Shown: one piece after another, positions 13,384 to 28,099 of the stretch
Numbering within the stretch: the first letter of the stretch is position 1
Layout: every line of letters starts with the position of its first letter
Assembly: GCF_006345805.1 (NCBI RefSeq)
Contig: NC_043004.1
Span: 14,322,001-14,386,000, forward strand
DNA length: 64,000 bases
DNA from: Octopus sinensis
Taxonomy: Eukaryota
Direction of reading: 5' to 3'
Notes under the pieces: model-generated
Databases searched by the model: none
Seen by the model: only the letters and a program-made list of their open reading frames with translations
What the model was told of the DNA's origin: nothing
Program-made: the position numbers and the translations under genes

Positions 13384-14115
13384 ATCCCTAACTTCAGTAT
13401 ATTCTTAAATACATAAATGAAAAGCTCATAATGTCAACACTGAGAATTTCACTATCGAACCGACTATTCGAAAGATGTTTCGTGGAACTCCTGAAATATT
13501 TAGTATTGTATGTTACTCTTGCTACACCCGTGTTTTTTTTCTGGGTAATCAGGAACAGTAAGTATGAAATCTGAGTGTAAGCCATGAATTCATCATATCA
13601 AGTAATTTGTGATAGATGAAGAATGTAATGAATGTGACGAATTACATATTACAACAGAAGAATTTTTAGTACAACACGTCTACTTTGATCTATTTGTTTT
13701 AGAACTGCCAATCTGCCCTCCCAAAATAATTGCATTAAAAGAAATATCAATTACACTATGTTTTATTTTTTTCAATTGAGCTGACACGAAAATTTCTGCA
13801 ACCAAGCAATGCAGTAAATGTATATATGTTATACGTCGACAAACAATGAACACTCTTCTGTTTGTGATCATGCGATAATTACCACAATCCAAAACATCGA
13901 TAAAGACCTAAAGGTTTACACATAGGATATAAGTAGAAACCTACTTCAAAGACAAGATTCAAATACAATACATGATTGATGACGCTGCTGAATTTGTTTT
14001 TGGACTTCGTCTTGGTGAACATTACACACATGAATCCGAGTGACAAATTAGATCTAATTATACGTTAAAGAAAAAAATTTACACGGTTGATCCTTCTACA
14101 ATAACCACAATACAA

Positions 14116-14120
14116 TAGTA

Positions 14121-14153
<33 letters not shown>

Positions 14154-14155
14154 GC

Positions 14156-14203
<48 letters not shown>
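14116..14203. repeat. (TAG)n microsatellite
   Basis: Seen directly in the sequence. Confidence 0.97.
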
Positions 14204-14204
<1 letters not shown>

Positions 14205-15599
14205 AATATCTGAATAAAGAACTAAGGTAGTGTACGCATTTTTATTATCAATGGATGGGTGGATAATGGTTGTTTTTCAGGTTTAAGCGTAACTAAGCGT
14301 AATTAACAATGTACTGTGTTGTATGGCACCTACTTAAGCGCACCATTTAGACACGCAGATATGAATTAGAAATAAAAGTTAGAAAATAACAGAAAATTAT
14401 TGTAAGCAGATAATTGAAGCTTTAAAAATACGAATATAATCACCACCTTTGGTCGAAGAATGGGAGAACAATTATGATCGTACGTTACTTTTACATCTTT
14501 CACAACGAGATAGCAACGAACTACAAAACAGCGTGTAACAGTAAAATAAGGCACTGTAACTTCATGGAAATGAGGTATATTTATAACTACCCCAAATACT
14601 ATGCGATTATTGATTGATCTCCTTTCAAAGAAATTCATAGCTGATCTATTAACCTTATTGCCAATACTTTTGAGCATTCTATATAGAGTTATACTTGTTA
14701 TTGGGGATCCTAATATCAGAATATATTATTGCATTTTGATACTATTGTAATTTTCGTATAATTTTCGTACAAGTAATATTCTTAATGACCTTCTTCCGTA
14801 TATTGCTGTTAGTTTTAAAAGAGCAAGGTGAGAAGGAATGGAAAACGCTTTACAAGAATATTTGCAACTAAGAATAATATGCAAAAATTTTTAGCTTTCA
14901 GAATTCTGATGTTCTATACGTCGCGATTGACCCACATATTAACGATAAAGCTAGAGAAACAACAAAAATGGCTGTCCGGTTGTTGAGAGAACACAACGTG
15001 GTTCTCCATTGTTGCAACTCACATGATTGGTAGATCTACATAAATCAACGTGTCAAATTCTAAACAGTGTATCGCCATTCATGAAATAGCTATGGAATAT
15101 CTTGCGAATCATATTCTACGGCCTTCAAAAGGTGCATTTGTTAATGTAGTGCATAATTCCCAATGCACGAAAGGAAAATGAGATAGTCTTCGTTTCAATA
15201 CTTAAATGTTTCGATCCATGGACGAAGTAACAACGAGTCAGGCGATCAGAGATTATGCAATCAACAAAACGGTAAGACAAGAAGCCAACCGGAATTTTTA
15301 TCCATTATCTTAGATTTTGGAGTAGGTTTGTTAGCTTAGAAGAGGCGGAATATACTCAGAACAATGAAGTACTTTTGCAATAAGCAGAGTTAATGATTCA
15401 CGCTGTCGATATTATTTTAATACAACTTTTAGGAGCTTATCAAAATTATACAAATATAAGTACTTTTTTAATCTCTATACATTCACTGATATAGTCATGA
15501 ACTTCATAACGAGAAAGGTGTCTGAACAAAAAAAAAATAAAAGAAAAAAGCAAAACACTAAAACATTAATGTGGGATTCAGTTTGAAATACCATTAGAA

Positions 15600-16002
15600 T
15601 GTATTCTTTTCTACACTAGGAACAAGACCGGAAATTTTGCTGGAGGGGGCCTAGTCGATTAGATCGACCCCAGTGCGTGACTGGTACTTAATTTATCAAC
15701 CCCGAAAGGATGAAAGGTAAAGTCGACCTCTGCGGAATTTGAACTCAGAACGTAAAGACACACGAAATACCTATTTCTTTCCTACCCACAAGGGACTAAA
15801 CACAGAAAGGACAAACAAGGACAGACAAACGGATTAAGTCGATTATATCGACCCCAGTGCGTAACTGGTACTTAATTTATCGACCACGAAAGGATGAAAG
15901 GCAAAGTCGACTTCGGCGGAATTTGAACTCAAAACGTAACGGCAGACGAAATACGGCTACGCATTTCGCCCGGCGTGCTAACGTTTCTGCCAGCTCGCCG
16001 CC
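15600..16002 (-). mobile_element. Dimeric SINE family A
   Basis: A full head monomer (ggcggcgagctggcagaaacg..., 16002 to about 15770) is fused to a second 5'-truncated monomer; the B box and body occur twice. Confidence 0.88.
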
Positions 16003-16416
16003 TTACAGTTAGAACACATTAAAACAATCTATAGTAACACTTCGCCATATGGCGGGTCAACAATCGCAGTTCACCTATCGCGTTTGCCTTTGTGGTGTTA
16101 TGTAAAATAAATGTATAGAATTTATAGAAATAAATACACTGTATAGTACTGTTTCTACTTCGCAGATTTTCACCTATCGCAGGAGGTGGGTTGGAACGTA
16201 ACACCCGCAATAATCGAGGAATTACTGCATTGAATTATGAAATGCTTAAAAGGCATGGATGCTGCAAATTCCGTTTCTGTCGTCATATTCGAAATAATAC
16301 AGCAGAAAACGCAGCTGGGAATAAATCAGAACATAAACCATCAACAAAATTGCTTCATACATTATAAACCAGTTGAATTGGGAATAAACCTCTGAAATTC
16401 ACGAACCCAAACTAAT

Positions 16417-16767
16417 CAATACATACATACATACATACATACATACATACATACATACATACATACATACATACATACATCCATGCATGCATGTGCGTGT
16501 GTGTAATATGTTTGCATGTATGAGTAAAGTCATGAGATATACGAAGGTTTTGGAGACAAGTTTAATTTTACAGTATATTTATGATATCTGGTATGGCAGG
16601 GATATTCTAAAACATTACTCGTATATCTTCATTGGATATTTTCTGTATTTGACATATCTTCGATAGTATTATATCATCTCCACGTCTCTAAAATAATTAT
16701 ATATATATATGCATGTATGTATGTATATATGTATGTATGTATGTATCTATTTATGTATGTATGTATG

Positions 16768-16798
<31 letters not shown>

Positions 16799-16991
16799 GT
16801 GTGTGTATGTATGTATGTATATATCAGTGTGTATGTGTGACAGTGTGAGTGGAGAAAATGAAAGAGACACACACATGTAAGCATATATGTGTATATACGT
16901 AAATACGTATAAATATATATTTAACTATGTACGCTTATATATATATATATGTATATATATACATATACATACATATATATATATATATGTA

Positions 16992-17022
<31 letters not shown>

Positions 17023-17200
17023 GCAATTATATGTATATATGTATGTATATGTATATATGCATGTATATGTATGTATATGCAATCATATGTATATATGTAT
17101 GTATATGTATGTATGTGTGCATGTATGTATATAATGTGTACCTGTGCGTGGGATTCTATTTGCTTATGTATGATACTTTATATATGTGTGTCTAAATATT
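16417..17200. repeat. (TACA)n/(TATG)n/(TA)n microsatellite field
   Basis: Seen directly in the sequence; interrupted by short unique stretches. Confidence 0.9.
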
Positions 17201-17815
17201 TTTATGTGTATGTTTAATTTTCAATTCTATGCTTCTTTCGAAGATGGAAATTCTGCCCTTAGGTTAATAATGTGATGCATCTTTGACACAAGGTCCAATG
17301 GGATAATGAGTTTTTCAGATTTGCCACTCGAATGCTTCTTTCTTCGGTTTAGATGAAGAACCTAAAAGACATAGTCGGCTCTAAAGTTGCATTAATATCT
17401 CTGTTTTCATTATAAAGAAAAGTGAGAAACTATTGCGAATGCTCTTTGTGTAGATATTACTCACTGGCATATGTTAAAGAATAAATTGCTTTCCATCATT
17501 TCATTTGTTTCTGCTAGGTATAGCATTGTTTGGTTGACAATAGAGTCGTAAAGGAAGGAAGAAACGGAATGACGAAAAAGACTCGTGAAGTAGCAGGAAT
17601 ATAGAATGAAAAGACTTGTGCTATAATTACTAAACTTCAACCAGAATGAAGTTGGTTTAAAATGTTCAGTTTTTATTCTTACCAGATTCTCACAAAAGTA
17701 TGTCCATATTCATATAGACTGAAACGAAGTGTCTGGAGCTTTTGTATATTGTTAGACGCTTGTGAACATTGTTGCCAAAGAATTACAAGCGATTCAGAAT
17801 GTAGTACGGTAAGTA

Positions 17816-17829
17816 AATAATAATAATAA

Positions 17830-17900
<71 letters not shown>

Positions 17901-17935
17901 GTAATAATAATAAAAATAATAATAATAATAACAAC
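17816..17935. repeat. (AAT)n microsatellite
   Basis: Seen directly in the sequence. Confidence 0.97.
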
Positions 17936-18629
17936 AATGTTCATATATAATTAGCTTTAATAAAAAAAAGATTCGGAAGCAACGTAATGAAATTTCATTG
18001 TATCTTACAACACAAAATTACGTACTCGTAACACGTAAATATAGAATAGGAAATAAATTTTCATCATCAGCCTAATGTTATATTTATGCTGAGGTAAAGG
18101 ATGATACCGAAAAACTTAGTAGATTCTGCCTACGTTCATTGCATTAATCATGTACATGAAATGCACACCGATAATACTTATCAGGAAAGAGAAATCGATT
18201 ATAGGTCCGGTGGTTATAAAGGTGTGTTAATTCTACAGTCATGGAAATAAATCGAATATTTCTCAAGCAAAATGATACAATTCGATTTGAACGCACGTAA
18301 ATTTGCCGAATCAGGAGTGTATTATCCATGGATGCCTCATAGACACACATACATATACATGTATACAAATATTCACGTGCTCACACACACTCACACACAC
18401 GCACATACACACGTGTGTGTGAGTGCGTGTATGTATGTGTGTACATACACGCTTATATAAAACATGCGTATACAAAGAGTATATACGAAGACGTGTATGT
18501 CCGAATATATCTATGGGATTGCATGTATATAAAATTGAGTGCTATTTATGTCTATTTGTGTGTGTGTGCGTGTGTGTGCGTATGTGTACGTGTGTGTGTG
18601 TATGTGTGTGTCGTATGTTCTTTATGCAT

Positions 18630-19560
18630 TCCAAAATCGATCTACCGATTTTGACGTACGGTGTATCAAAAGATTCAGTACTATTTCGGGTACCAAACGA
18701 ACTTTATTTTCTTTGACATATTTGCATTACAAAAATTTAAAATTATAATCTTTTCCATAAGTTATGTATCGTTAAAAAACATTTTATTCGACGACGACAA
18801 CGATGAAGTGGCATGTTCTATATGAGTATGTACCTTAAAAGACATCCATCATCACGACAAACACCTTCACTCATTCACTCTTTCTCTCTCTCGCACACAC
18901 ACGCCGCACACACACACACACACACACACATACACACACACACGCACACATACACGTCCATTTCATATACACATACTTACATCTTTCATTTTCTCATATC
19001 CTTTACTTTCGCTTTCTCATTTCTTTCAATTTCTGCTCTCTTCAAAGCATAAATAAATAATTTTTTACGGAATTGTTTGTGTGTGTGCATGTATGTTCCT
19101 TATGTAGTCCAAAACCGAGTTGCCGATTTTGACGTATGGGCTATCGAGATGACATTTACGTACTCCGCCCCTTATTTCTTTCTTCAATTTACTCACACTC
19201 CTATGTTTTCCATACAGAAGATTTGCATTTCGCCCCAAAGTGGGTAACTGATGAGTGGCCGAGGTGCGGGAAGGGTCATTCGATATTTCTTTCAGGAAAA
19301 TTAAACTTTCAAAAACAAATTATATTTCCCAAATTTGTAATCTCTATTTTAACACGTAGATGACAAAAAAAATTCGAAAAACAGTTTAAAATTATGAAAT
19401 TTCGGTGGTAGGGGGAAACTATAACTTTGAAAATCTGATTTCTGGGCAAAATCATATTAACACCTTTTTATTCGATGAACAGTACATAGTTTGTGATCCT
19501 TTTTAAGAACATAAATAATTTTCATGCAAATTATACCCTCTCCACTTCACTTCTGGACAA
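18630..19560 (-). mobile_element. Two DINE-1/HINE-like (Helitron-related) non-autonomous segments
   Basis: Related ends tatgttc(c/t)ttatg...ccaaaa.cga....ccgattttgacgta at about 18630 and 19090, each next to a (TG)n tract; the reverse complement has the CAAAATCGG...ACATAC(AC)n layout of DINE-like 3' ends. Confidence 0.45.
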
Positions 19561-19720
19561 GCAATAACTTCCATTAGCCAGTAATCCACTCCACTATGTA
19601 TCAGCTAGCAGAATGCATTACACTTATCAACACAGAACACAGCCAAATAATTGAGAGTTTACCGTTTCTTCTCATAATACCAATATACAAATTCAGATTT
19701 GAATTTTACTACATACTCAT

Positions 19721-20112
19721 TTACTCTTTTTTACTTGTTTCAGTCATTTGACTGCGGCCATGCTGGAGCACCGTCTTAGGTCGAGTAAATCAACCCCAGG
19801 ACTTATCCTTCGTAAGTTTAGTACTTATTCTATCGGTATCTCTTGCTGGACCGCTAAGTTACGGGGACCTAAATACACTAGCATCGGTTGTCAAGTGATG
19901 TTGCGGGGGGGAACAAACAGACACACAAACACACACGCACATACACATATATATGACGGGCTTCTTTCAGTTTCCATCTACAAAATCTACTCACAAGGCT
20001 TTGGTCGGCTCGAAGCTATAGTAGAGGACAGTTGCCCAAGGTGCCACGCAGTGGGACTGAACCCGGAACCATGTGGTTGGTAAGCAAGCTACTTACCACC
20101 CAGCCACTCCTC
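19721..20112 (-). mobile_element. SINE family B
   Basis: Reverse complement of 7897-8349. Confidence 0.92.
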
Positions 20113-20212
20113 TCTACATTCGTTTCTAAAAATGAAACGTTATACAATGCACGACTTCAAATTGCTATGTCTTCCATCTTATATGTTCCTTAATCGTTTG
20201 CTCTTTTCAGTC

Positions 20213-20460
20213 ATGCCACCAAAGCGAAAACATTCTAGTTTATCTGCACAAAGACCGCGAAGAAAACTGTCTCTGTTCGTGCTCAAGTAAACTCACTTCA
20301 GCTTGAACAATGTTTACTCTCAAATAAACAATGAGCTGCAGCGATGCTAGCGTAAGAGTCTCACAATGAACGATTGCAAGGATTTTCAAAAACCAGGTGT
20401 AGAATAACAGCAGTACGGCAATCTGAAATAGACCACCACTACAATCAACAGTCCAAGGTC
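20213..20460 (+). mobile_element. Helitron-like Rep/helicase N-terminal remnant
   Basis: MPPKRKHSSLS...RAQVNSLQLEQ...ESHNERLQ...R.RITAVRQSE resembles the repetitive ES.EQR..RL N-terminus of animal Helitron proteins; contains stops. Confidence 0.45.
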
Positions 20461-20968
20461 AAACTTTACTATGTGTCTGACTGTCTCTCTATCTCCCTGC
20501 TTACCCATGTGTGTGTGTGTGGCGGGTTGCGCATGTCTGTATACCTGTGTGTGTGTGTGTGTAATAGGAAAAGCTCTTCTTTGAAATACTTTACTTTGAA
20601 TATAAAACTATCTGCTGGAATTTAATTTCTTTTATGAAAGAATTATATAATATTTCTTCATTAGTCTATCATGTTTAGTTTGATACAATAACGTTAATAA
20701 GCATAGAATCATTAATGAATTTAGGAGACTCATTGTTCGAAGCTAAACATAAAATACCAATAACGAAAATTGAAAAATGTAATAAAAGAGTTTCATCTTA
20801 ACCGCCGCCATGACGATGATATATATATATATATACTTACATACATACATACACACACATATATATATATATAATAAATGTCTGTCTGCTCACATTCACT
20901 CACCGACACGTATATATACAAGCATGTATGTGTATATATATGCGTGTGTGTATACATATGTATATATA

Positions 20969-21007
<39 letters not shown>

Positions 21008-21659
21008 AAAAAATACACACACACATATATATATATAAAGTAATATTATATTAATCGTACTCCAGACGCGTCTTAAGCTTTCTGAAAGTTGAAGAATCGT
21101 AGTCAGTTAAGAAATGCAATTAATTTCTTTAATGTACAATGTATCTTAAATTACAATATTTCAATTTCACGTAATTTACCTTTTCTCGGAGATTACTTGG
21201 TCTTCTTTTGATATACAATCTTACCCGTTTTGGCTCACTGAAACAGTTTTCTGTTGTACTACGTATACCGTTTTTTTTTTCCCAAATAATGAACAGGAGA
21301 TTAATGAGTCTTAGATTCCCATCCAATTCTTTCTCAGATTTATAACCTCTTCCACAGTTCTGATCTTTTATCAGTTTCTTTTATATTCGACTTTTTTTGT
21401 GTCAGTTTGTTGCGGACTTGCTTGGTCATTGGTTTTAAGGTGGTTAGTCGAATTACTCGACTCCAGTACTTCGTTTCCATTCTTTTTCAAATTCTGCTAT
21501 AAAATCTATAAATTTATTCTGCCGAAACATTAAGTTACGTTAAACATAGAAAAAAACAAAACAATAACAGCGATTGTCAAGCTTACATAAAAACACAACT
21601 TCACGTACATACACACTCATACATTTATCTATACACACCTATATTTGTAAATATTTATA

Positions 21660-23686
<2,027 letters not shown>

Positions 23687-25911
23687 AATAGTTCATCTAT
23701 CCGAAAAAGAACACTCTCTAAAGCGTTAGTCTAAAGCGTTAGTGACGTAATATACTTGTAGGAAGTTAAACGTTATGGCCAGTCGAAGAGTGACCATTGT
23801 CTTCGCACCTATAAAATACCTAGCAGTTTAGGTGATACGTCACAATTAAATGCCTGAAGACGCATGGCATCTGTACAACTGCAGGAAGAAATACGTAATG
23901 GTTAGTTTGTTTTGTAAACGCAAAAGTAAATTGCACATGCTCAAGGGCGAGACAGGGCTAGCCTCATTACATAGGCTCCGGCCATGTTGATATTCGACGG
24001 AACTGTTCAACGTATGGTTCCCGGCTTGAACGAATTTTTAAGTATTGCTGCCTAAAACTCGCTCGACCTGAGGACCTTTTTAAATTCCAGGAATGAAGTA
24101 TTCTGTCAATATCCACATCTGAAATGTTTCCCACTCGAAACTTGGAAAATCCCCATTCGTTGAATAGTCCCGCCACAGTTTCGATTATATCACAATGGGC
24201 TGAGCTGATATAAAGGAAATATCCCCGTCAATCGGGGCTACAGTGAAGGACACTGGTGTCAAATTACTATGCAATAGGACTGAAACAGAAGTCACAAAAT
24301 CACTTAACCACACCACCAGCTCGAAGCATTTTTTGTCCCTCTCATCCTTAGTCAACAATCAGCCATTACGATCTTTTTTATGGAATCAATTCCATCATTA
24401 CTTTTTCTTTTCTTTTGAATTTTTCCTAAATATATATACCTTATATATGTTTAACTTAATTATTCATATATTTTTCACCAAATATCTTTGCAATGTCATC
24501 AACAAACCGCTCTTCCTCGTGATCGGCATGGCTCCATGTTTTCGTATTTAATTATTTACTTCAAAGCTTGGCTCTGCTTCATATAAGATTATGTGATTCA
24601 TCAAAGATGAGGAGTGCTTAACAGTAATGATATCTTACGTTCTTCTAAGTAATTATCCTCGATTCAATAGACTCATAGTTTAGATAAGTTTTTGAAGAAC
24701 ATAGAAAGGTATTTCCTCATGTAAACTGCATTACGCTTCGCAAACCTTGGTACTCAAGGGTGTGCACATAGTAAAACAGAGTTTTATAATATACTGAGTA
24801 AATTATAGTTTCTTACAGAATCAGAAGCGATAGATTTGTCATAATACCCTATTCATGGCATTCCATGAAACCGGCTAAAATTCCTTATAGGAATGAATTA
24901 CACTCAGTAGCTCCCCTCACAGAATTTAGGCTCACTGTGGTATTGATTTGCCAAAGTGTAGCTGAAGGAACTTCTTGCGACCACATGTGAGATCTGTGTG
25001 ACAAGTCTGAGTACCTTACGTCGTACTACACTTCTATTTCAGTCGATACATGCGAAACACACACACACATACATACACACAACACAAATATTCGCATACA
25101 CACACAAAAACACATACACATACACACACACAGATACCCGCGCATATACAAACATACATACAGACACACAGTGACACACACTCACACGAGCGTGTATATA
25201 CATATACATATGCGAATATATACACAAGCTTATGTATACACACACATACATACACACGCGTACACACGCACACATGTGCGTATATTTAGGTATATGCATG
25301 TACATGTGACGATTTTTCTGATGATGAGGTATTAGTCTCCATAATTATAATTTAAATTTGTGTTATTTTATATACATTTGCTAACATTACTATCCTACAT
25401 TAGAATATATGCAAAATACACACTACTGCTCCTACTAATGGGCGAATCTGAAAAAAATTGCTATAAAGTGTTGCTCGAATTCTTCCCTTTCTTATCTTCA
25501 ATTTAAGAGCATAAACACTCGGGACGTCTACTTATCTATGAAGACTAACTGTAGCGTCTCTTTTTCCGGTTTTTCTACTTAATTATATTTATACTTTCAT
25601 CTGTACAGCTTATTTATAAATGCTTTGATGTCATTAACATTTAACTGTCCATCTTTTATTTTATTTTACTTTCATTAACTCTCCAATACATTTCCTGGAG
25701 CAAAGTCTTGTTTTCCTGTATCAGATCTCCCTTTCTTTGATTTTAGTTTTTACTCTGTTCATCTGATCTAAGTACTAACCTATCTACACTTATGGCTTTC
25801 CGACTTAGATTTACCCATTATAATCGCACACACAATCACACACATGAACACAAACACATGCACACGCACACACAAGCGCACGTACACACAGAGGAACAAG
25901 CACGTACGTTC

Positions 25912-25960
<49 letters not shown>

Positions 25961-25961
<1 letters not shown>

Positions 25962-26241
25962 ACATTATTGGTGAATTGAAGAAATGGAGCTGAACGCAGA
26001 TTGAACAGAAATCGTTTTATTTCATTCTACACGTGTTTCGAAAGGCACAAATTACCAAAATCCGACTGAATAATGGGACCATATTGTGTCTTTCTCTTCC
26101 TGAAGAGAAAAGACACAATATGGTCCCATTAAACAATCGGATTTTGGTAATTTGTGCCTTTCGAAACACGTGTAGAATGAAATAAAACGATTTCTGTTCA
26201 ATCTGCGTTCAGCTCCATTTCTTCAATTCACCAATAATGTT
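25961..26241. repeat. 281-bp near-perfect palindrome (about 140-bp arms) between (TA)n tracts; probable inverted pseudo-LTR of a Penelope-like element
   Basis: aacattattggtgaattgaag...gtctttctcttc [ct] gaagagaaaagac...cttcaattcaccaataatgtt; the arms differ by 3 substitutions and a 1-nt indel. Confidence 0.95.
26097..26177 (+). ncRNA. Type I hammerhead ribozyme motif with long stem II and palindromic loop III
   Basis: ttc-CTGAAGA(26100-26106)-gaaaagacacaa...ttgtgcctttc-GAAA(26163-26166)-C ACGT G-TA-gaa; ACACGTGT palindrome; stem I reduced to 3 bp by the fold-back junction. Confidence 0.75.
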
Positions 26242-26402
26242 TTAATTTCAATTATCCGCACCAACGCACGGTTGCAACGCCAGATGGTTGTACCTCCAAC
26301 CGTGCTGTTCACTGCTGTGATTTTTGCTACTAAGGTATCGGTTAAACTTTTGATTAATCTACTACAAGATTATTCATCTTTCTATTTCACATAATATATA
26401 TA

Positions 26403-26467
<65 letters not shown>

Positions 26468-26844
26468 TATATATATGGCAAATAAGAAAAAGGAGAGGAT
26501 ATAAAATCGACAGACATCAGCCACTAAACTTTCAAGTATATCCATTTAATCAATGTAAAGTTGAATACACACACATGTATATGTATGAGTTATACAGATT
26601 AGCGAGTGGAGAAATCTGGTAACTGCATAGACAAGTGTGTGGATGCATATAAGCACATAGATACGAATGAGTAACTGAGAAAATAAGAAATGAGCAAAAA
26701 TATAAATGGGTGTGCAGGTACTAGTTCCCCACGACCGTTTCTGTTTAGAGGCAACAAAATCTTCCGGGTTATCTCCATCACTTCAATGTCATACAAGGAT
26801 GAACATACAAGGCTTGGTTTCTCAACCTCTAACTCACACAGAAT

Positions 26845-26879
<35 letters not shown>

Positions 26880-28099
26880 CATGTGTGTAAATATGTATGT
26901 CTATATATATGTATACATATGGTGACATGCACAACTATGTGTATGTATGTGCATATATCTCTGGTTGAGGTTTTGTAATTTAATATTTAATGAAGAACAA
27001 ACGGTGTCCGACTGTGAATCAAAAAATGTTTAATGCTAGTTGAAGACTGAGGAAATACTGCTATCTTGACAGACATCCCATGCTTTTCCATCCACCCTTC
27101 TTACCGGTATCTGGTAGTAATATGTTTAATATCTGTTATCATACATTTAATTCGGTGTAATTTGTGGGAGATATATCTACTATTTTCAAGGAAGCCAATG
27201 ACTGAGTAGAAATTTCCATATTCTCAATTTGAATTATGTGCGAAACGTCGTTCATCTTAATCCAGTGTCACCGATAGACATCATCCAGTCAAATGCGTTA
27301 ACGATTTGTTGAAGCAATTTAATTTAGTGGATGGCTTTTGCTTTTCGTAGTTGTTGGCGTTGTTGTTATTTTTATGGCTTTTGCCGAACAGAAAGGACAG
27401 TGCCAATTACTTTCTGGAAGCCTTCAATGTAGGCCACTAGAAGAAAGAGTGCAAGTCATCGTCAGAATGCAGTCTAATGTCAGTTCTTTGATTTATCTTG
27501 TAGTTGGACACCAGCATATAGGTTAAACCGACTGACAGATTAAGTTTACCACTACGGACAACGAAAACGATTTCAAATAGGTTCTGTCTTATAAATTTTA
27601 GAGATAAGATTTTGGTCAATTAGAAATTAGGGCAAAAAATAAAAATAGAAAAAATTCTCAAGGTGACCGGCATTGTAATCATACTCGAAATATTTTAGTT
27701 TCAAAGTAAACTCTTAACCAAGTAGTTTCATATACTTTATGGACAGGGGCTGAAAACTAGCCAATTCCCTCATAATTACTGATTGAGGTAAATCCGATAA
27801 CATGAGAAAGTCTTCAATTTCCCATGAGCACAAAATAAATCCATCTCATTCCGATTATTAAGCTAACGGCTTCTGTTAGCCAATATAATTTTCGTTCCGT
27901 CCTTTGTGCAAAGAGTACAGGGACGCCTCCCTCCAGGTAGGGCAGGATAGTTCCCAACACCGACCATTTCGAACTATAGTTAACAATACTTTACTCTAGA
28001 ATGTGGACATAGAAGACCTAATCCTTGGTGGATGGGAAGTGTACGGTGATTCGCCGTTTTTTTAAGTTCACAGAAATCTCCAGCAGAAATCATGGTACT

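Larger units (their letters stand above)
13431..17808 (+). pseudogene. Decayed multi-exon coding relic of unknown family, with a possible N-terminal membrane anchor
   Basis: ATG exon 13431-13557 ends aaca|gtaagt; acceptor ttgttttag| at 13703 is phase-compatible; a long decayed frame runs to donor acg|gtaaga at 15271; phase-0 acceptor at 16183; phase-0 block 17518 or 17686 to 17808 ends acg|gtaagt. Multiple stops and frameshifts. Confidence 0.4.

Noticed and set aside
14366-14677. 103-aa minus-strand ORF
   Set aside because: No recognisable motif; it overlaps the plus-strand decayed coding relic and is probably its shadow.
19248-19300. CTGATGA followed by a GTGGCC/GGTCAT stem
   Set aside because: GATA replaces GAAA, and stems I and III are absent.
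23854-23900. CTGAAGA...GAAATACGTA hammerhead-like string
   Set aside because: No U16.1-H17 site, poor stem II closure and no stem I.
25318-25360. CTGATGA with a short hairpin
   Set aside because: The GAAA core is missing.
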